Shown piece after piece: positions 23,070 to 38,579 of a stretch of DNA of 64,000 nucleotides. Below the pieces are notes generated by a model. That model was not told the DNA's origin, ran no database searches, and worked only from the letters and a program-made list of their open reading frames with translations. Origin of the DNA: Chrysomallon squamiferum. Taxonomy: Eukaryota > Animalia > Mollusca. The stretch is taken from positions 1-64,000 of the forward strand of contig CM022666.1 of assembly GCA_012295275.1 (NCBI GenBank). The letters are read 5' to 3'. The position numbers were made by a program, and so were the translations under genes. Positions within the stretch are counted from its first letter, which is position 1. Each line of letters opens with the position of its first letter.

Positions 23070-25973
23070 TCATCTCCAAATTCTACATGTGTTGTCTTTA
23101 CTGCCTATAACAAAATAGAATAATATATGTTATAATCAAGGCTAAAGTGGTTAGTTATTGGAATATTCAAATTAGTTATAATTAGTATAGTAAAACTGAT
23201 CATTTCTAAAGTGGTCAGTTACTAAAAGGCTGTGTATGTTCAATCAGTTATAATCAGTTTACTGTCACAGCTCAGCATCCTGTGTCCACAGCATTCAACT
23301 CAGTTTTGTCAAATGTGTGAAGAGGAAACATCAAAATATTTTATCATATAAACTTTAAAGTATCAATTGTAACATTGTGGAATCTACTAAATTGGTTCTA
23401 TAAAATGAGTAAACATCCCAAGAAGTTGAACTATTATTACTTTTCATTTCAGCTTTGTTGGAAAATGTTTTTAAACATACATTTTTATCTACTACAAAGT
23501 CAGCAAAAGCTAAATTTTAACTTTTTTATTTCCTGTTTAAATGATGCAGTTAGTGATTTATGACAATTTTCAAACTGAAGAGTGTATAACAAACATTTCT
23601 TGACCAAAACAAAATTAATCAAAAAGAAAACTAATATTTAAAAAGCAACAATGAAAAAAATCTAAATATTAAAACATAACTAAAATAAAACTAAATAAAT
23701 AAATAACTACAAATTAAAAAAGCAGTTTTTGTACAACTATGCAGTTTGATTTTATTTGCTACTGTAATCAACATGTCTCTTTATTATGACTAGTTGCTAA
23801 CATACCTGTGATGATGGTGTTACCCTCGTAGTTAAAAGCACAGCTGAAAATCTCATCTGTGTGCCCCTCCAGAACCTGCTTACACTTTCCACTCTCTGAG
23901 TCCCACAGTCTGGCTGTTTTATCAGAACTGGCTGTCAACACTGAGGTGCCTTGTGGGTTAAATGTTGCCTGGTTCACAAGTTTAGAAAATACTTTATTAC
24001 CATCTCAAATAAACAGACACATTGTAAAATATAAGCAATAAAATCTTAATTATCTTACACTATTAAAAATAAACTAAACAAAATCAGCACAAATACAACA
24101 CTGTTACAGAAATAGGTAAACAACAACAAAGTTATAGAAATAGATAAACAACAACACTGTTACAGAAATAGATAAACAACAACACTGTTACAGAAATAGG
24201 TAAACAAATTTGCTACAGAAAGAAGTAAACAACACTGTCATAGAAAAAGGTGAATAGCATTGTCATAACCAGTTAGTGTCTAAGTTAATTGTGGAGTGGA
24301 AACCACTACATTATCTCATCATCTAACAAGCAAACACTACTACATCTCGAGTGTCTAATGATTTGTAATTTTTTAAACTATCCCCATTTCATTTATACAC
24401 TTGTATTACACTTCTGCAATATAATATGTCAGGTATATGTTAATAATACCTTAGATATTTCACCCTCATGTCCTTCCATTTTACAGATGAGGTTGTGGGT
24501 GTTGGCGTTGTAGCATCGTGCAGTGGCATCAGCAGATGCTGTAAGAAGATTCTGTCCTGTGAAGTCGAAAGCAACATCTAACACTTCATCTTCATGTCCA
24601 AGCAGCGTCCCTATACATCGTCCTGGTGTACCAAAAAAAAAAAAAAACATTTCAGTAATGTCCAGCAATGTTTCACTCACTTGCTATAAATTAAACACAT
24701 TTCATTACTGTTCAAACACAGACTGTTATACATTGATAAAATAACAAACTCATCATAATAGAAAAATAATTTGTTCATGCATTTGCTCAAAACGAAAGAT
24801 AATAATAATAATAATACATTTTTTATAATGTTTTATGTATGATGGTAATGCATACTAACTATAATAATACAGAGATCTGTATACCAGACACAGACATACA
24901 CACACACATATATACTATATGTACACACACACACACACATACTGTCAGAGATACTCATTCAGTCATACCACATACATTAAACATACAGACACAAGACACA
25001 GACGGAGATACTTCATACACCACACACACACACACACTGACTCACTCACATACATAGATACACAATCACTTGCTCAACAAACCTGAATTAGTGTCCCATA
25101 TTTTACAGGTTTTGTCCATGGATCCAGTAGCAATAAGAGATGAGTCCCAGTTAAATTGTGCACTGCTGATCTCTGCTTTGTGACCAATCAGAGTGTGAAT
25201 TCGCCTGTTAATAAATAAATAACTGAATGAATAAATTAATACTTGCTCAGTGGTGTTATAAACAAATATCGTGATTGTTTTACCAAGGCTCAGCCTAGCT
25301 TTTATGCCCACCTGACAAGGAATATGAAAACTAAACTGAGGACAGAGAAATAAACACAACGCAAGCTAACGTACCTTAACTATTTAATAATTATACAAAT
25401 TATAATCATAAGTGGTACAGCACTCTTTAAAAAATATATTTCTTTTTCTATTGACAATGTTACCTAACATTGTACGGGAACCAATATAAAAATAAGAATC
25501 TGCACAGAGTGAAGAATAAACAAGTTAATATTTACCTGTATCACATGTTAATTATATATTACACCCTATCAAAATAACAGTATGAAGCAAATGCCATTCA
25601 TAAACACTAGTTCCCTACCTAACCACAAGTTATCTCTTAATTACAAAATGCCAGCCCTTTTTAAAACAACTACATGGAGTTGAAAAACTGGTGGTAAAAA
25701 TAAAAAATGCAGATGAAAAAGTAATTATACTGAAACACCTTTTAAAGTAAATTCATGGTTAAAATAAAACATTCATGTAACAGAAAACTAACTTAAAAAC
25801 TAATTTAGTAACATTATTTGAAGACACAAATACATTATTATTTTAACTGACTGAAACTGCTGAATATATACAGCATTCCAATAACTGACAATTTTAAACA
25901 TACATTATTATAAACATCTTAGAATTCCGTGACCAAAACATATTATACTTCTATTTTTTATAACCTTGCTTGT

Positions 25974-26016
<43 letters not shown>

Positions 26017-27525
26017 TTTTATATTTTTATATTCATATGATTAATAACACATGACAATAACTCAATGGATTGAAATAGTGACCATCCTCTGACAGACATG
26101 AATTAATTCATATTTTACAGCTATGTTAGGCATGTTTTTGTTTCTGAAGGAACACAGAGCTAATTACTAATGATAACAAGAGTTCCTTTAGACAGGAAAA
26201 CAAAAAACTTAGCCTTTGAGAAACCAATTATAAAATTCTGGCTGGAATGGGCAAAATTTCAGCGGCTACACTGAATAAGAATAATATCTTGACTCTAAAA
26301 GTCTTATTCAAATCTTCTGACAACCATGAATAAAGGAAAAATATTTTCTTAATCCTCTAATAATGTTCATAGTTATCAATATGTTGTTTAAAAAATAACT
26401 GCATAATAATAAAGAAATAAACAAAACATAAAAAAATATTTTTGTTCAGCAGAGAGCTTTAGATAGGGATTGCCGTAGTTACTAGGAGCAATAAGGGATT
26501 CAAATAAACTAATGAATGCGTTAGTATCAAGGACTTATGTACAAAGTAATGTGCATAATTGCTGAAACATATAAATTGTTTTAATATAAACCCTGACATT
26601 TGAACTGACTTTAACATCACTTACTGTCCAGTTCGTACATCCCAAACAGAGACTGTGTGGTCAAATGAGCCAGTGATAAACTGAGAACCAGTCGAGTTGA
26701 ACGACAAAGATATTATTTCTGCTGAGTGACCCTGAAAGATTAAAATGTGGTGAAGTAAAATTAGATATTTATATACAGTTGTATACAAAGGATTGACAGA
26801 CATACAGACATGAACACACACACACACACAGACAGGCATGGACATTGCTTATATATATTCTTTCTCAACAGACAAGTACACACTGACCCTATGCACACAC
26901 ACAGATCCAATCATTCTAAAACAAACATATACACACCAACATACAAAAACAACTGTGTAATAAGTAAATTCATACATTTAAAGTTTGTAATTCAGTCCCA
27001 GTTTCAACATCCCACAGTTTGGCTGTTGTGTCCATGCTACCTGAAGCCAGAATAGAACTGGATGGATTGAATCCTAGACACACCTGTAATAAAATAATAT
27101 CACAGTAATAATTAATGTAACAATCATCTAAGTTTAATCATTTTAATGCAGCTGTAAAAACCTAAGTATGTCCTTCCCACATCTTCCTGTCATGTGCTAT
27201 TCTCTGATAGGCTGCTCCTTTCCTGTGCTCATCCATTTCCTCCCTCTGTTGTCTCATTTTGGTGAACCATTTGTTATTCTGTATTCCACTGACATGCCCT
27301 ATCCAGGTCCACTTCCCTCTTCCAGCCACATACATCATCTTTGTTTTCTCTTACCCTTGTTTTTCAGTCCTCATATGTGATATTTAACATACTTCTTTCA
27401 GGCTTTCTCTCTGTATATGTTAGTTTGTTCTTTGCATACTTAGCTAGTAAAAAATAGTATACTCTCTCTCTCTCTCTCTCTCTAATACATATACACACAC
27501 ACACACATATATATCTATCTATATA

Positions 27526-27607
<82 letters not shown>

Positions 27608-30543
27608 TATACATACACAAACACACACAGATACATACATATATATTTATTTACCATCGATAAATTAATAAATATTATGTTGAAATATTTACAATCCAAC
27701 CTAACACTAACAGATGCTAAAAATGTATGATTATATTAGAATTATTAAAATTTACAAGTTTTTCTGAAATTTATAATTTTACTGTTAACACTGATCTTAC
27801 AATCTCTGCAGTGTGACCTCTGAATGTGTGATAACATTTCCCTGTCTCTGCACTCCACAGTTTACTTGTCTTGTCAAATGAGCCTGTCGCAATTTTATCA
27901 CTGAAATAACAAAACATATTGTGATAAGTACAGAATAGATAATGGATATTTTCATGGATTCAAATCATGGATTCATACTGCTTGTAATAAGCTTCACCTT
28001 GCTACCACTCCTATCTCCATAATTTGCTTGGTTACAAAGATATACAGAGTTGAATATCTGTAACCATGGATAATGCTCAGCAAAGTTGACTAAGTATGGA
28101 GGTAAGGGAAGCATCTGTACACAATACAAATTCATGATTATTTCATATTGGGTTTGTTAGATTATATTTTTATGTATATAATTATTTAAGTTGGGCTTTA
28201 AATTTAATGTAGTAGCTGATGCAGTCTCCTTCTACTTTGTCTTCTGTGCTGCTAATTTTCTCTTAAGAAGCAAAAGCAATAATAATAAATAATAAATACA
28301 TACAGACACAATAATACCCATCAACAAAAATAAACAGAATATTCCATATAAACACATTATTCTGATCAACATAAAATTTACATCACTATCAAAGGAGAAA
28401 GATAATGTCTTTGAAAACAAGTGAACATACCCATATGGATTGTTAAAGGCAATGGCGTACACGACATTTCTGTGTCCTTCTAAAGTGTGCAGCTCTTCGC
28501 CAGACGCAGTGTCCCAGATTTTACACGTTCTGTCATAACTTCCTGTGATAAAACTTAAAAATAAATTAAACAGAGATCAGTGGTAAAACATAAAGAGATA
28601 AAACAAAAAAATAAAATAAAATAAAATAAAATCACTAAAAAACCTTGAAAACAAAATTACAGATCATCTGTTATAAATACCACCCCAACAGCAAAAGAAA
28701 AAAAATCAACAATAAAAATAAAACAGTCTGTTTCAACTAATCATGATAAGTTAAACAGAATAAAAAAATAATAAAATATAACTGTATAATTTTATAATAT
28801 GACAAAATTATGCATGTAGCTGTGTGCCTGCCATAATTTCCAATGAAAAAGTTTTAAAAATAATAATAATACATGTACTGTAAAGTGATGAATGTGTTAA
28901 TGATCACGTTTAAATTGATTAATGAAAGTGTGTGTCTACACTGATCAATGGTACAGTGTGTGTGTCCAGTTTACAGCATTAAAACAATTTATAATATATC
29001 ATACCGAAAAATATATCACCAATGATAAATTTATTAAACTGCAATGACAATTTCTTAAATATATAACTAACTCATCCAACATTACAAGTGATTATATATT
29101 AAAACTCTATTAAAACTCCATTAAAACATTTTCTTCTTGAAAAAAAAAATGCATTATGAATCTAAAGCCTCTGTCTTTGCCTTATTACATAAAAAATGTA
29201 AAAAAAAATTATCTTTTGATAATGGTTTTATACTGTATATGTTTTCAGTGCATGTTTGTGCACACAAGTTTGCATGAAAAATAAAACCAAATTAAACATG
29301 GAGAATTTAACTCACCAAGAACCTGATTTGTTGAAAGCTACATTTGTCAGTGGAAGAATATGAGCTCTTAGTACCTGTAAAATATTAACAATGCATGATA
29401 TAATATTAACAGCAAATAATAATATAATAACAATGATGCAGTATAATTAGAGAATACTGACAATAAGTAAAACAATGCTAACAATAAACAATTATTAATA
29501 ACGGATCAGATTATTAATAAATGTAATTGATAACAAGAGGTAATGCTAAAATTAATTTAGTTTAACATGAGTTTATTATTTAGAATAAAACACTTTAACA
29601 AGAGCGCACCAAGGAAGAACTGTGGATTCTTTGACTTAGTAAACGATCTATCAGTGGGCCATAATGAAAGTGAGTGTATTTCACTGGTAAATGGTAGTTT
29701 TTGTCAGAGTAAACTGGTTTATCACTCACCCTTCTTCATTTACTTTCTGTCATTTACCTCATGCCATATTATGATAAAATTATCTGTGCAGTATTTCAGA
29801 ATAGGGTTTTATAACAGGGGCCAAAAAATTAGTTTTTCATTATAGTTCATGGTTATAATATTGAGTGAGATTAATATTCATGATGAATTTACAATTATTG
29901 CTTTGACTGCAGCCCTCAGTTAATGTAATGTAATGTAAAATAAAGTAAAGCAATTTAATGTAATGTAAAGAAAAGTAAAGTAAAGTAATGTAAAGTAATG
30001 TAATGTAATGTAATGTAATGTAAAGTAAAGTAAAATGAAATAACAGAAAATAACAGAAAAGTAATAATGAAATAATATAAATCTTGCTTATTATCAAAAA
30101 ATAAACTTGGACAGCAGTCAACCCTGTTAAAACTTTCTGTATGAGTCTGTGTAAAGGTATATACATAAATATGTTATTTACTTACCTTGAACAGGTAATA
30201 ATGATGATCATCAGCATGAGAAAGTTTTTCCTGTAACCCTGAATACTCGTTAAGAACAAAACTTGAAGAATTTTAAATATTAACTGCTGATAACTAATAT
30301 GTTTCATAGATTAATTTTTTTTTAAATAAATTGGTAAAAATATATTGTTATGGATAAATATTTGAAATTAGCTATTCGAAACAGTTTAAAAAATCAAAAG
30401 AATCACTGCCAAAAACTTTATGCCCAACAACAGCAACATCTAAAAATTCATTTACTTCTCCATTAATGAAAATTATTTAGGTCAAATCCTGTCTAGTATG
30501 TAAATAATGGAATTCTTAAAATAAAAATAAGCTATTAAAAACA

Positions 30544-30579
<36 letters not shown>

Positions 30580-31909
30580 CAATTACAAATAATAGAATAA
30601 ACATTTATTAATGTAGATAACAAAAGATCAAAGGATACGTAAAATAAGTTTTCTAACTTGTTCTGCTTTTGTTGATGTGACCAGAGGTTCTTTTCTCATT
30701 ATCTCATCAACAACTACATCAACATCAGTTCTAAATTTAGAAAAAAATAATTAAATAAATAAAAATAAAGTTCATCAATGAAACATTAATAAATTTAGTA
30801 ATTATTAAAAATAAAAAATACAACAACAAAAAAATAAAATAACATTAGCATTCAAATATACTAAAGCAGGCACTACACATCAATCTTATAATGACCATAT
30901 GATGACAGGGATGCTCAACTGCTAAACAATATCCATATATACCAGTATGAATGGTAACAACTAACACCATTATGAAATGCTGGGAATTTTTTCAAATTAT
31001 TTTGGCGGAGAGTGGTTAGATGCTATTGCAAAACATTGCATTACAAAGGTGCATGGATTCATTAATTTGTGTTTTATGTCTGATACTGGCTTTTACATAT
31101 CAGTGTTGTGTTGGTGTCAATTCTATAGAATTCCACCCTTAGCCTGAAAACTGATCACTAAGCTACAATCCAACTAAAAATACATTAATAATGAAAATAA
31201 AACAAAAATGTTACTCTTGTCTAAGATCCAGCAAATCCACTGACTTTGTTTTCACACTTCCACCTTGTTCATACTCCAAAATGATACCTGAAACAAAATA
31301 CAAACTTTATTACATGCTTGAATATTTATAGAGTATTCTCTTTTAATGTTCTCATTATAATTTAGATACTTAAATTTAGATTAAAGACTAATCTTCTGAT
31401 AAGTTAATGAAATAATGCTATGTGTAATATTTTGTATTTACAAGTATATCTATTCTGATTTAATTAAACCAGAGAGCTGATAAAAAAAAAGAAAAAAAAA
31501 ACAAGAAAAAAAACAACAAACACCAAAAAACGATACTTCATTAAAGCGATGACATTTTCGTTACCATAGAAACCAAATAAACACAGGAAAAATATTGAAC
31601 TATGAAAAATTAATACCGAAACAGAATAATGTGGCTAACTGCATATTAGAATGATTTAATGCATGGATATTCAATAAGAAGTTTCGTGTTGCTTTCTTGT
31701 TCATATCCATAACGTTTTTATTCATATTCGAGAAGGGAAGTTCGACTGGCATTCCAGTCTGAGCTCGAGTTTGATTTATTTTATTGATAGAGACGATTTT
31801 AGAGAGCATCGTAGTCCGTATTAAAACGATACAACATTGCATAAAATATTATCATTCAGATAAATTTACCTGGTGGATAGTAGCGTAGTAGAAACCGTTT
31901 AAGCTTCAT
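23070..31909 (-). CDS. DAW1: Dynein assembly factor with WD repeats 1 (WDR69/ODA16), 13 exons
   Basis: Diagnostic N-terminus [14 protein letters not shown]|[21 protein letters not shown], followed by WD40 repeats and ending [11 protein letters not shown]. Approximate exons: 31909-31870, 31287-31215, 30730-30639, 30238-30186, 29374-29316, 28553-28431, 27900-27801, 27083-26976, 26731-26625, 25204-25083, 24622-24451, 23968-23806, 23104-23070. Confidence 0.97.
27170..27400 (-). mobile_element. Degraded 3' fragment of an RTE-type non-LTR retrotransposon in a DAW1 intron
   Basis: Broken minus-strand translation gives MLNITYED...KWTWIGHVS...NKW...RIAHDRKMW, resembling the W-x-GHV-x-R and A-x-DR-x-x-W C-terminal motifs of RTE-clade ORFs. 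Confidence 0.55.
31560..31584. promoter_or_regulatory. RFX X-box with adjacent forkhead-type site in DAW1 intron 1
   Basis: GTTACCATAGAAAC (31560-31573) fits the X-box GTYRCCATRGNAAC and is followed immediately by AAATAAACA. RFX and FOXJ1 are established regulators of motile-cilia genes. Confidence 0.6.
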
Positions 31910-32529
31910 CTTCGTAAAGATAGTGTACAGTATCCAGGAGCATTCAACATGTCGGAACACCGATTCCGGGATATGAACGAACGATAACTCTAGTGCAGTT
32001 TTCTATTAAACTTTTACAGCTACCGTAATCAGTTATAAATATAAACAAACAAACAAATAAATAAATAAATAAATAAATAAAATAATAAATAAATAAATAA
32101 TATCAGTTAGGAAATGCTAAATAAATACTAATCGTTAAAAATTATTTCTCCCACATTTCTGACAAAATCCACTATCATTTAAATGTGGTTATGACCCTGA
32201 ATCAATCATTCTGAGTCACTCCACTGGACTATTTTCAGTTTAAATCAGCATCAGACGATAATATATCAAAAATACTGGTTTATACATTAAGATGCATCGA
32301 AAGTTTTATATAAAAACTAAACGTTAAAATGAACCAGTGGTTTTCAATAACAGTATTATTACTACTACTACTACTACTACTACTACTATTAATATTGCTA
32401 TTACTGTTATTTCTAATAATAATTTAAAAAAAAAAAAATAATAATAATAATAATAATAATTTTAAACAGCGTTAAAGGATTCATTCGTTCTTTATTTTAA
32501 AATATATCAAAAGAATTAACACACACACA

Positions 32530-33260
32530 CAGTGGTACCTCGACTTAAGAATTTAATTCATTCGGTGACCGAGTTGGTAACTCAATTTGTTCGTATATCA
32601 AATCAGTTTTCCCAAGTGAAATTAACTGAAATACCATTAATCCGTTCCAATCCCCTAAAAGTAAAAGCCATGCCTATTTTATTTTTTTATTTTTTATTTT
32701 TTTTGTTTTGTTTTTTGTAACGTATTTCTAAATAAGAAAAAAAAGGTGTTTATAAATGAAAAATACTGTATAAAAACAAAATAAAAGAGAATGTAAAGAA
32801 ATAAATTGTTTTTGTAAAGTGTACAGGGTTAGGGTTTCTCCATCTTTTCATGGACAGAGGTTCGCAGCTTAGAAATTATTTTAACGCCTTTGGCTGGAGT
32901 TATAGCCTTTATCAACTCCTTCTGCTTCAGTATGGTACATATCGTAGAAATACTACGTTGGTACTACTTGCAAGCTGAGTACACGCACACCTCGCTCGTG
33001 TTATTCTTTGATTTCATGCTTTAATTCAATGGACACCATCCGCTTCTTCTTCTCAGCACTGACCTTTGCACTCACTTTCTTAGGATCAATGGAAATTTGG
33101 CAAAATTCTGCACAAAACGCGAGCACAACACAACAGAGATGCTTAAACGGCGAGGTAACCACGTGTTGTAAACGAGAAAGACGCGGAATTGGCTCGCAAC
33201 ACAAAGCAAAAAGTCAACTGGGCGACTGCTCGTAACTCGGAAAACTCGTAAGTTGGGGCA
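32530..33260 (-). mobile_element. Tigger/pogo-family DNA transposon, internally deleted copy
   Basis: TIR CAGTGGTACCTCGACTTA at 32530 and degenerate ACTCGTAAGTTGGGG at ~33244-33258. The minus-strand remnant DPKKVSAKVSAEKKKRMVSIELKHEIKE*HERGVRV...ILKQKELIKAITPAKGVK resembles a CENP-B-type N-terminal HTH. Homologous to 44795-45187. Confidence 0.85.
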
Positions 33261-33274
33261 TATATACGTCTCTC

Positions 33275-34568
33275 CCTTATAGATCCCCGGGTTGTGTCAT
33301 TTTCCAGCTAATTCGACCTAGAGCACTGAGCCTCAAGGAACAAGAACTTATTCATATATACTGGCAATATTAACAACATAGGATTTCTCATAATGGTAAT
33401 GGTACGGTGGGGAGTTGCAAATGATTAGTTATGTAGTACAATTTTATTGCAATATAAGAACATTTTCAGAAAAAAATGTTCTGAATTTGAACCGACATGA
33501 AATGTGATAGATCTTGCTAAAACACTGTTACAACTCAATGAAGATTGATACCAAACTTACGATAATCATACCAGAAAAAACTATAAATATGGACATTTGA
33601 ATGATTATAAAATATTCTAACCTATTTTCACACATGCTACGCTATAAAGTTGGCTATACAGGTAAAAATGTTGTAATGCATCTAAAAATGCAATGAAAAT
33701 GAACTGCCATATAGAGCTACATTTAAACAGATGATAATGTATATAGAATATTGCTATGATTCTACATTTTCTGCTAAACAAATCTAAAATATATATGTTG
33801 TTCACAGTTTTCTTTGTGTCCACTAGTCTCTGTGCAGCTTTATTATTTTAAGATCTTTGTGCACATCCCCCAGCAGTGTTTGGCTTGGGAATTTTTGTGG
33901 AAGTCTTTTTTTAATTCTGATTAGGGCCTTTGGAATGGGTAGATTAGGACACATTCGCATTATCAGAACTACGGTGTTATGCGGGTGATTTATCAAACAC
34001 ACGATTGTCTGAAAAACAGGAGAATAGATCCAAATGTCCCTAGAGACATCAGTAACCTGTAATGTTATGTGTGATTCATGCTGTCTTGTACGCAAAAAAT
34101 ATTGTGCTCTTTCTGAACATCGAGTATGTTGAATGATGTGTGCGTCACTGGTCCACCCATATTTAACTGCAAAACCGTTTGATCCAGGAGGGGCCCTCCT
34201 GATCAGTGGTTGCAATAGTTGACACAACGTTCCCCATCAACACTGGCACAACTTTCCCCTTGTTGACCATTCCATATTAGGTCAGTGAATTTTTACTGAC
34301 AGAGATAATGTGAAAATAACACAATTCAGTAATAGTTACCTAAACTAGTTATCATATACACATTATGATTTCAGTATAATCTCTAAAGTGAGTACAAAGG
34401 AAATTCACAAACCTGCCTGGCTAAGATCGACTTTAGACACTAAAATTCATACTTTTCACCTTTGTTCTTCAGAAAAACCACATCAGTAATCATATCCACT
34501 CAGAGAGCCTGCAGTGGGGGTGGCACAACTTACCTCCTCCTCCCGTACAACAGCCCCTACCTTTACAG
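33275..34568 (-). mobile_element. Decayed pogo-like (DDE_1-type) transposon
   Basis: Minus-strand remnant VNYCNH-LIRRAPPGSNGFAVKYGW...HIIQHTRCS...QHESHITLQVTDVSRD resembles the GAPPGS...SGW...DNHxSH block of DDE_1 transposases. Subterminal motif GGCACAACTT(A/T) occurs at ~34245 and ~34522. Boundaries are approximate. Confidence 0.55.
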
Positions 34569-34735
34569 GGTCCAAAGCGTCAAAATTAACATTAATATTT
34601 TTCAATACTTGTTAAATATTAAATTTCCAATAACAAACATTCATAGTTTAGTACGCCATAGTATTATTTTATTTATTGACAGCAAGCGACAATATATATA
34701 ATTAGCACAGGGCCATTATGCTTGTGTGCAGAGAT

Positions 34736-34766
<31 letters not shown>

Positions 34767-35281
34767 ATGTTACCAAGCCACTGACACACCTATCCGTTTT
34801 AATAATTATCAGTATTCTAACAGTGTAACGTAGCATACAGATTATTTATTTAGATTATAGCTTTTTTTTTTTTGTTTCTAAAGAACTTCCTGGTATGACG
34901 AATATAAGTATTTATTATTGCAAATAAGTAAAATAACACAATAAACATTATATAGCAGAATTATCATGGCTTAAACATACAATGAGTCTATTCATTATGG
35001 TTCATATGGTGAGTATACTAAGCATAAGAGTTATGGTCTTACGTTAACAGTGTGTATGATCTAGTGGAGTCGGTATAAAAATGGTAGTATTTTAAGAATA
35101 TTTTAGGTTGTTTTTGTTGAAGTTATAGTGTTTGATAAAAGTCAAATTACAACAACAACAATTATTTTATTACCAGTAAAGGAAACACTTCTAAATAGTA
35201 TACGAATATATACTCTCTCTCTCTGTCTCTCTGTCTCTCTCTCTCAATCTCTCTCTTTTATCTCTTTCTTTCTTTCTCTCT

Positions 35282-35348
<67 letters not shown>

Positions 35349-35553
35349 ATATTCTTACTTTGTTTTCATAAAAATGAACATATCTGTATTTCAACAGTAA
35401 GAAACAACATATCTTTTCATTTATACTGATGTATTTCTGAAGATCTCTTATATTTATGCCATCCTTTATGCCATTTTTATATTCATATTAGATCCTTTTG
35501 TCACTTTTTTCTGATTTATTTTATTTTATTTTTATTTATTTATTCAGTAATAT

Positions 35554-35584
<31 letters not shown>

Positions 35585-36205
35585 TTGGTTTTTTTTTTTT
35601 TTTTCTTTTATCTCCAAAGTAATTAAATTTGTGTAGAATCATGACTATACAGCAGTTAAATGTTTTTGTTATTTTGATAACTTATGTTGCACATAATGTG
35701 TTTGGAAGATGACAGTGTGGACAAGATGTTAGTCAGTTGTATAATAAATCACATTCAGAGATTTCACAGTATAATCTGAATATCATTTCAGTAATTAAAT
35801 GAAATTCCAAAATATATTAGTGATGCTTGAGTGTGTATGCATGCGTGTGTGCGTGCGTGCGCGTGTGTGTGTGCCCTCACACAAAAACTACATAAAGTTA
35901 TTACATTCTTTAATTCATGATACGACAGTATTATAGACAATGCATAACATAATGTATAGAATTGCTCATGAACAACCTTTCACCCAAATATATAAGAAAT
36001 AATTTTTTTATGTATGTATATATGTGGGAGTATATTTTATGTGTGTGTATGTATGCATGCATGCATATAAGTATTATTAAATTATATTCTGTGTATAAAT
36101 ATATAATAAAAGTATGTAAATCATTTTCTGATTATTGTATTAATAAATTTGTCTTTTACAAATAAGCTGTAAGCCTTTCCATATGATATAAAGATTGTAA
36201 ATCTG

Positions 36206-37080
36206 TTAAAAAATAAACAACGACAACGAAATTGTAACAAGAGGCCAGATGACGTCATGTGTGGCGGTGCTACCGACAGAACACGTGTTGGGAACAGGCG
36301 CGTCGTCCGATCCTACACAGTGATGACACCGCAGGACACTGTCAGGATCCCATCGTTGTTTGATCTTTAGTAATCTGTCGTAATTTCCTCCCCAAAACAG
36401 ATCCTTCCATTTTGGCAAGTCGTACGATGGTTCGTTGTAGTACACACCTTTCCCGTGCTTCACAAGGACGTCGTTTAGCCGGTGTCCTCCGTCTACCCCG
36501 GCCCAGTCGTGCCTAGAATCGGTCCACGCTGTGTAACATGACATGGACAGTAGCGCTGACCGGAAGTCTGGAGACACAGACGTATAGGTGTTTCCTTCCG
36601 AAGCTTTCCCTAATCAGAAAACAAAAGGTACAATGAATATTTATAAAATATTTAGTATAAACGAAAACTGAGTATTCAGTCATCTATTTATCGTGAAAAT
36701 AAATAAGATCATTATATGAAAATGTATCGTCAAGCCATTAAGTTACTAAGACATCACAGAAAAACTACACAATAGTCGCACTCTACACGCCACTGCGCTG
36801 TATACCAGTTTACACAGACAAACTAATTCTCCTTGTTAGCTTTCCAGCGTTGTGATCCACATGTAAAGATTTTAATTCAATAGTTGTATTATTGCAGAAA
36901 CTGGGAATAAAATGGAAGGTAAAAAGTAAGGGTAAGCCGTCCCCCCTTTGCATACTCCCCTATTTCTGAATGAGATTTATTCATGGCTAGATGGCATAAT
37001 CCATAACGATGATTTGAGAGGAACTGAACGAATGCCTAACTATAATAAATAAAACATCTATTTAATAATTAATTAATTAA

Positions 37081-37166
<86 letters not shown>

Positions 37167-38441
37167 TAAAACATAAAAAAGACAATAACTGTTCCACATA
37201 TTTTTATGCTCGAATCAAATCCATAACCTAACATGCGAAAGATGTTACTATTATATCATTTAAAAAGTGCGTGTCCAAGTCAAAAAGCTGACGTGTGTTT
37301 TTGTTTAACGACCACAGTCATTCATTTTCAGACATTCTTCGTAGTAAGAGAACATGAGTTCTTTAGGATAAACCAGAGTTGTTGATTTTCTGTCAACAAC
37401 AAGTGATCTTATACATGCACCTTTCGACAGAGAGGACAGTACACACGAAGACATTTGACATCACAGTCGTTAGTACCCTGTAGGAAAGAATAATAATGAA
37501 TCTGGGCTGCGTTGCTAAAACAAATAGTTATCATATATTGCTTTACCAGTGGAAAAATAAAAGGTATGAAAACAAAACTTACCTCCAAGAATTGTTCCAA
37601 CACATCCATGTGCGTATGGCAATCCTTCAGTTGTCATGAGGGTTATCATCGAATCGACCCACGTGTCAAACTTGTGAGAATCGTTCGTAAGAAAGGATCC
37701 CGCCAGATAAGATCTAGCCGATGACTCGCTACTGTTAAAAATGTCCCAGAATTCGGTTTTATTGGTAATAGTTTTCAACTGATAAGGAGTAAAGTTGATA
37801 ACCTCATCAACTGCCGACCTAGATGGCAAATTCCATGGACCAAAATGAAGGAGAGCAAGTTGAACGAAACCCAGGTTATAAGGAGTTGAAGGAGTTTTGT
37901 GGTAGTTGTTGAAAATAAGATAACCTCCCCACTGAGGTGGAAGTTTTTTAATTATTTTAAACAATCCTTTCAGTATGTCTCTTCCATAAGGAATATTTTT
38001 GCTGATGAAAGAAAAATAATGGTTGCTGAAAACAAATTCTTGAGGTTTCTCGTGCAGTTTGTAAGTATAACTGATCACTACACCCCATACCCCTCCTCCA
38101 CCCCCTCTGATTGCCCACAGGAGGTCTCCATCACCTGTTATTTCGGTGTTTCCATTGCTTAAGTTTATAACTGTTTCTTGATCTCGAGCAGTAACTAGAC
38201 TTCCATTAACAGTTACTAGCTGTACCTCCAAAACATTATCAACTGCGAGACCAAGTGACCTTGACACTGGTGAGTGACCTCCACCTTGAGTGTATCCGCC
38301 AGGTGATACAGTCATGTCAGCACCGCCTACAATAACTCTGTCAAACTTTTGTACCTGAAATATAATAAAGAAACTAATCAATTAAATATACTAGCAAACA
38401 AATAAATAATAAAAAATTCAAATCTCTCCCGTCCTTTTCTC

Positions 38442-38479
<38 letters not shown>

Positions 38480-38486
38480 GACAGAG

Positions 38487-38579
<93 letters not shown>

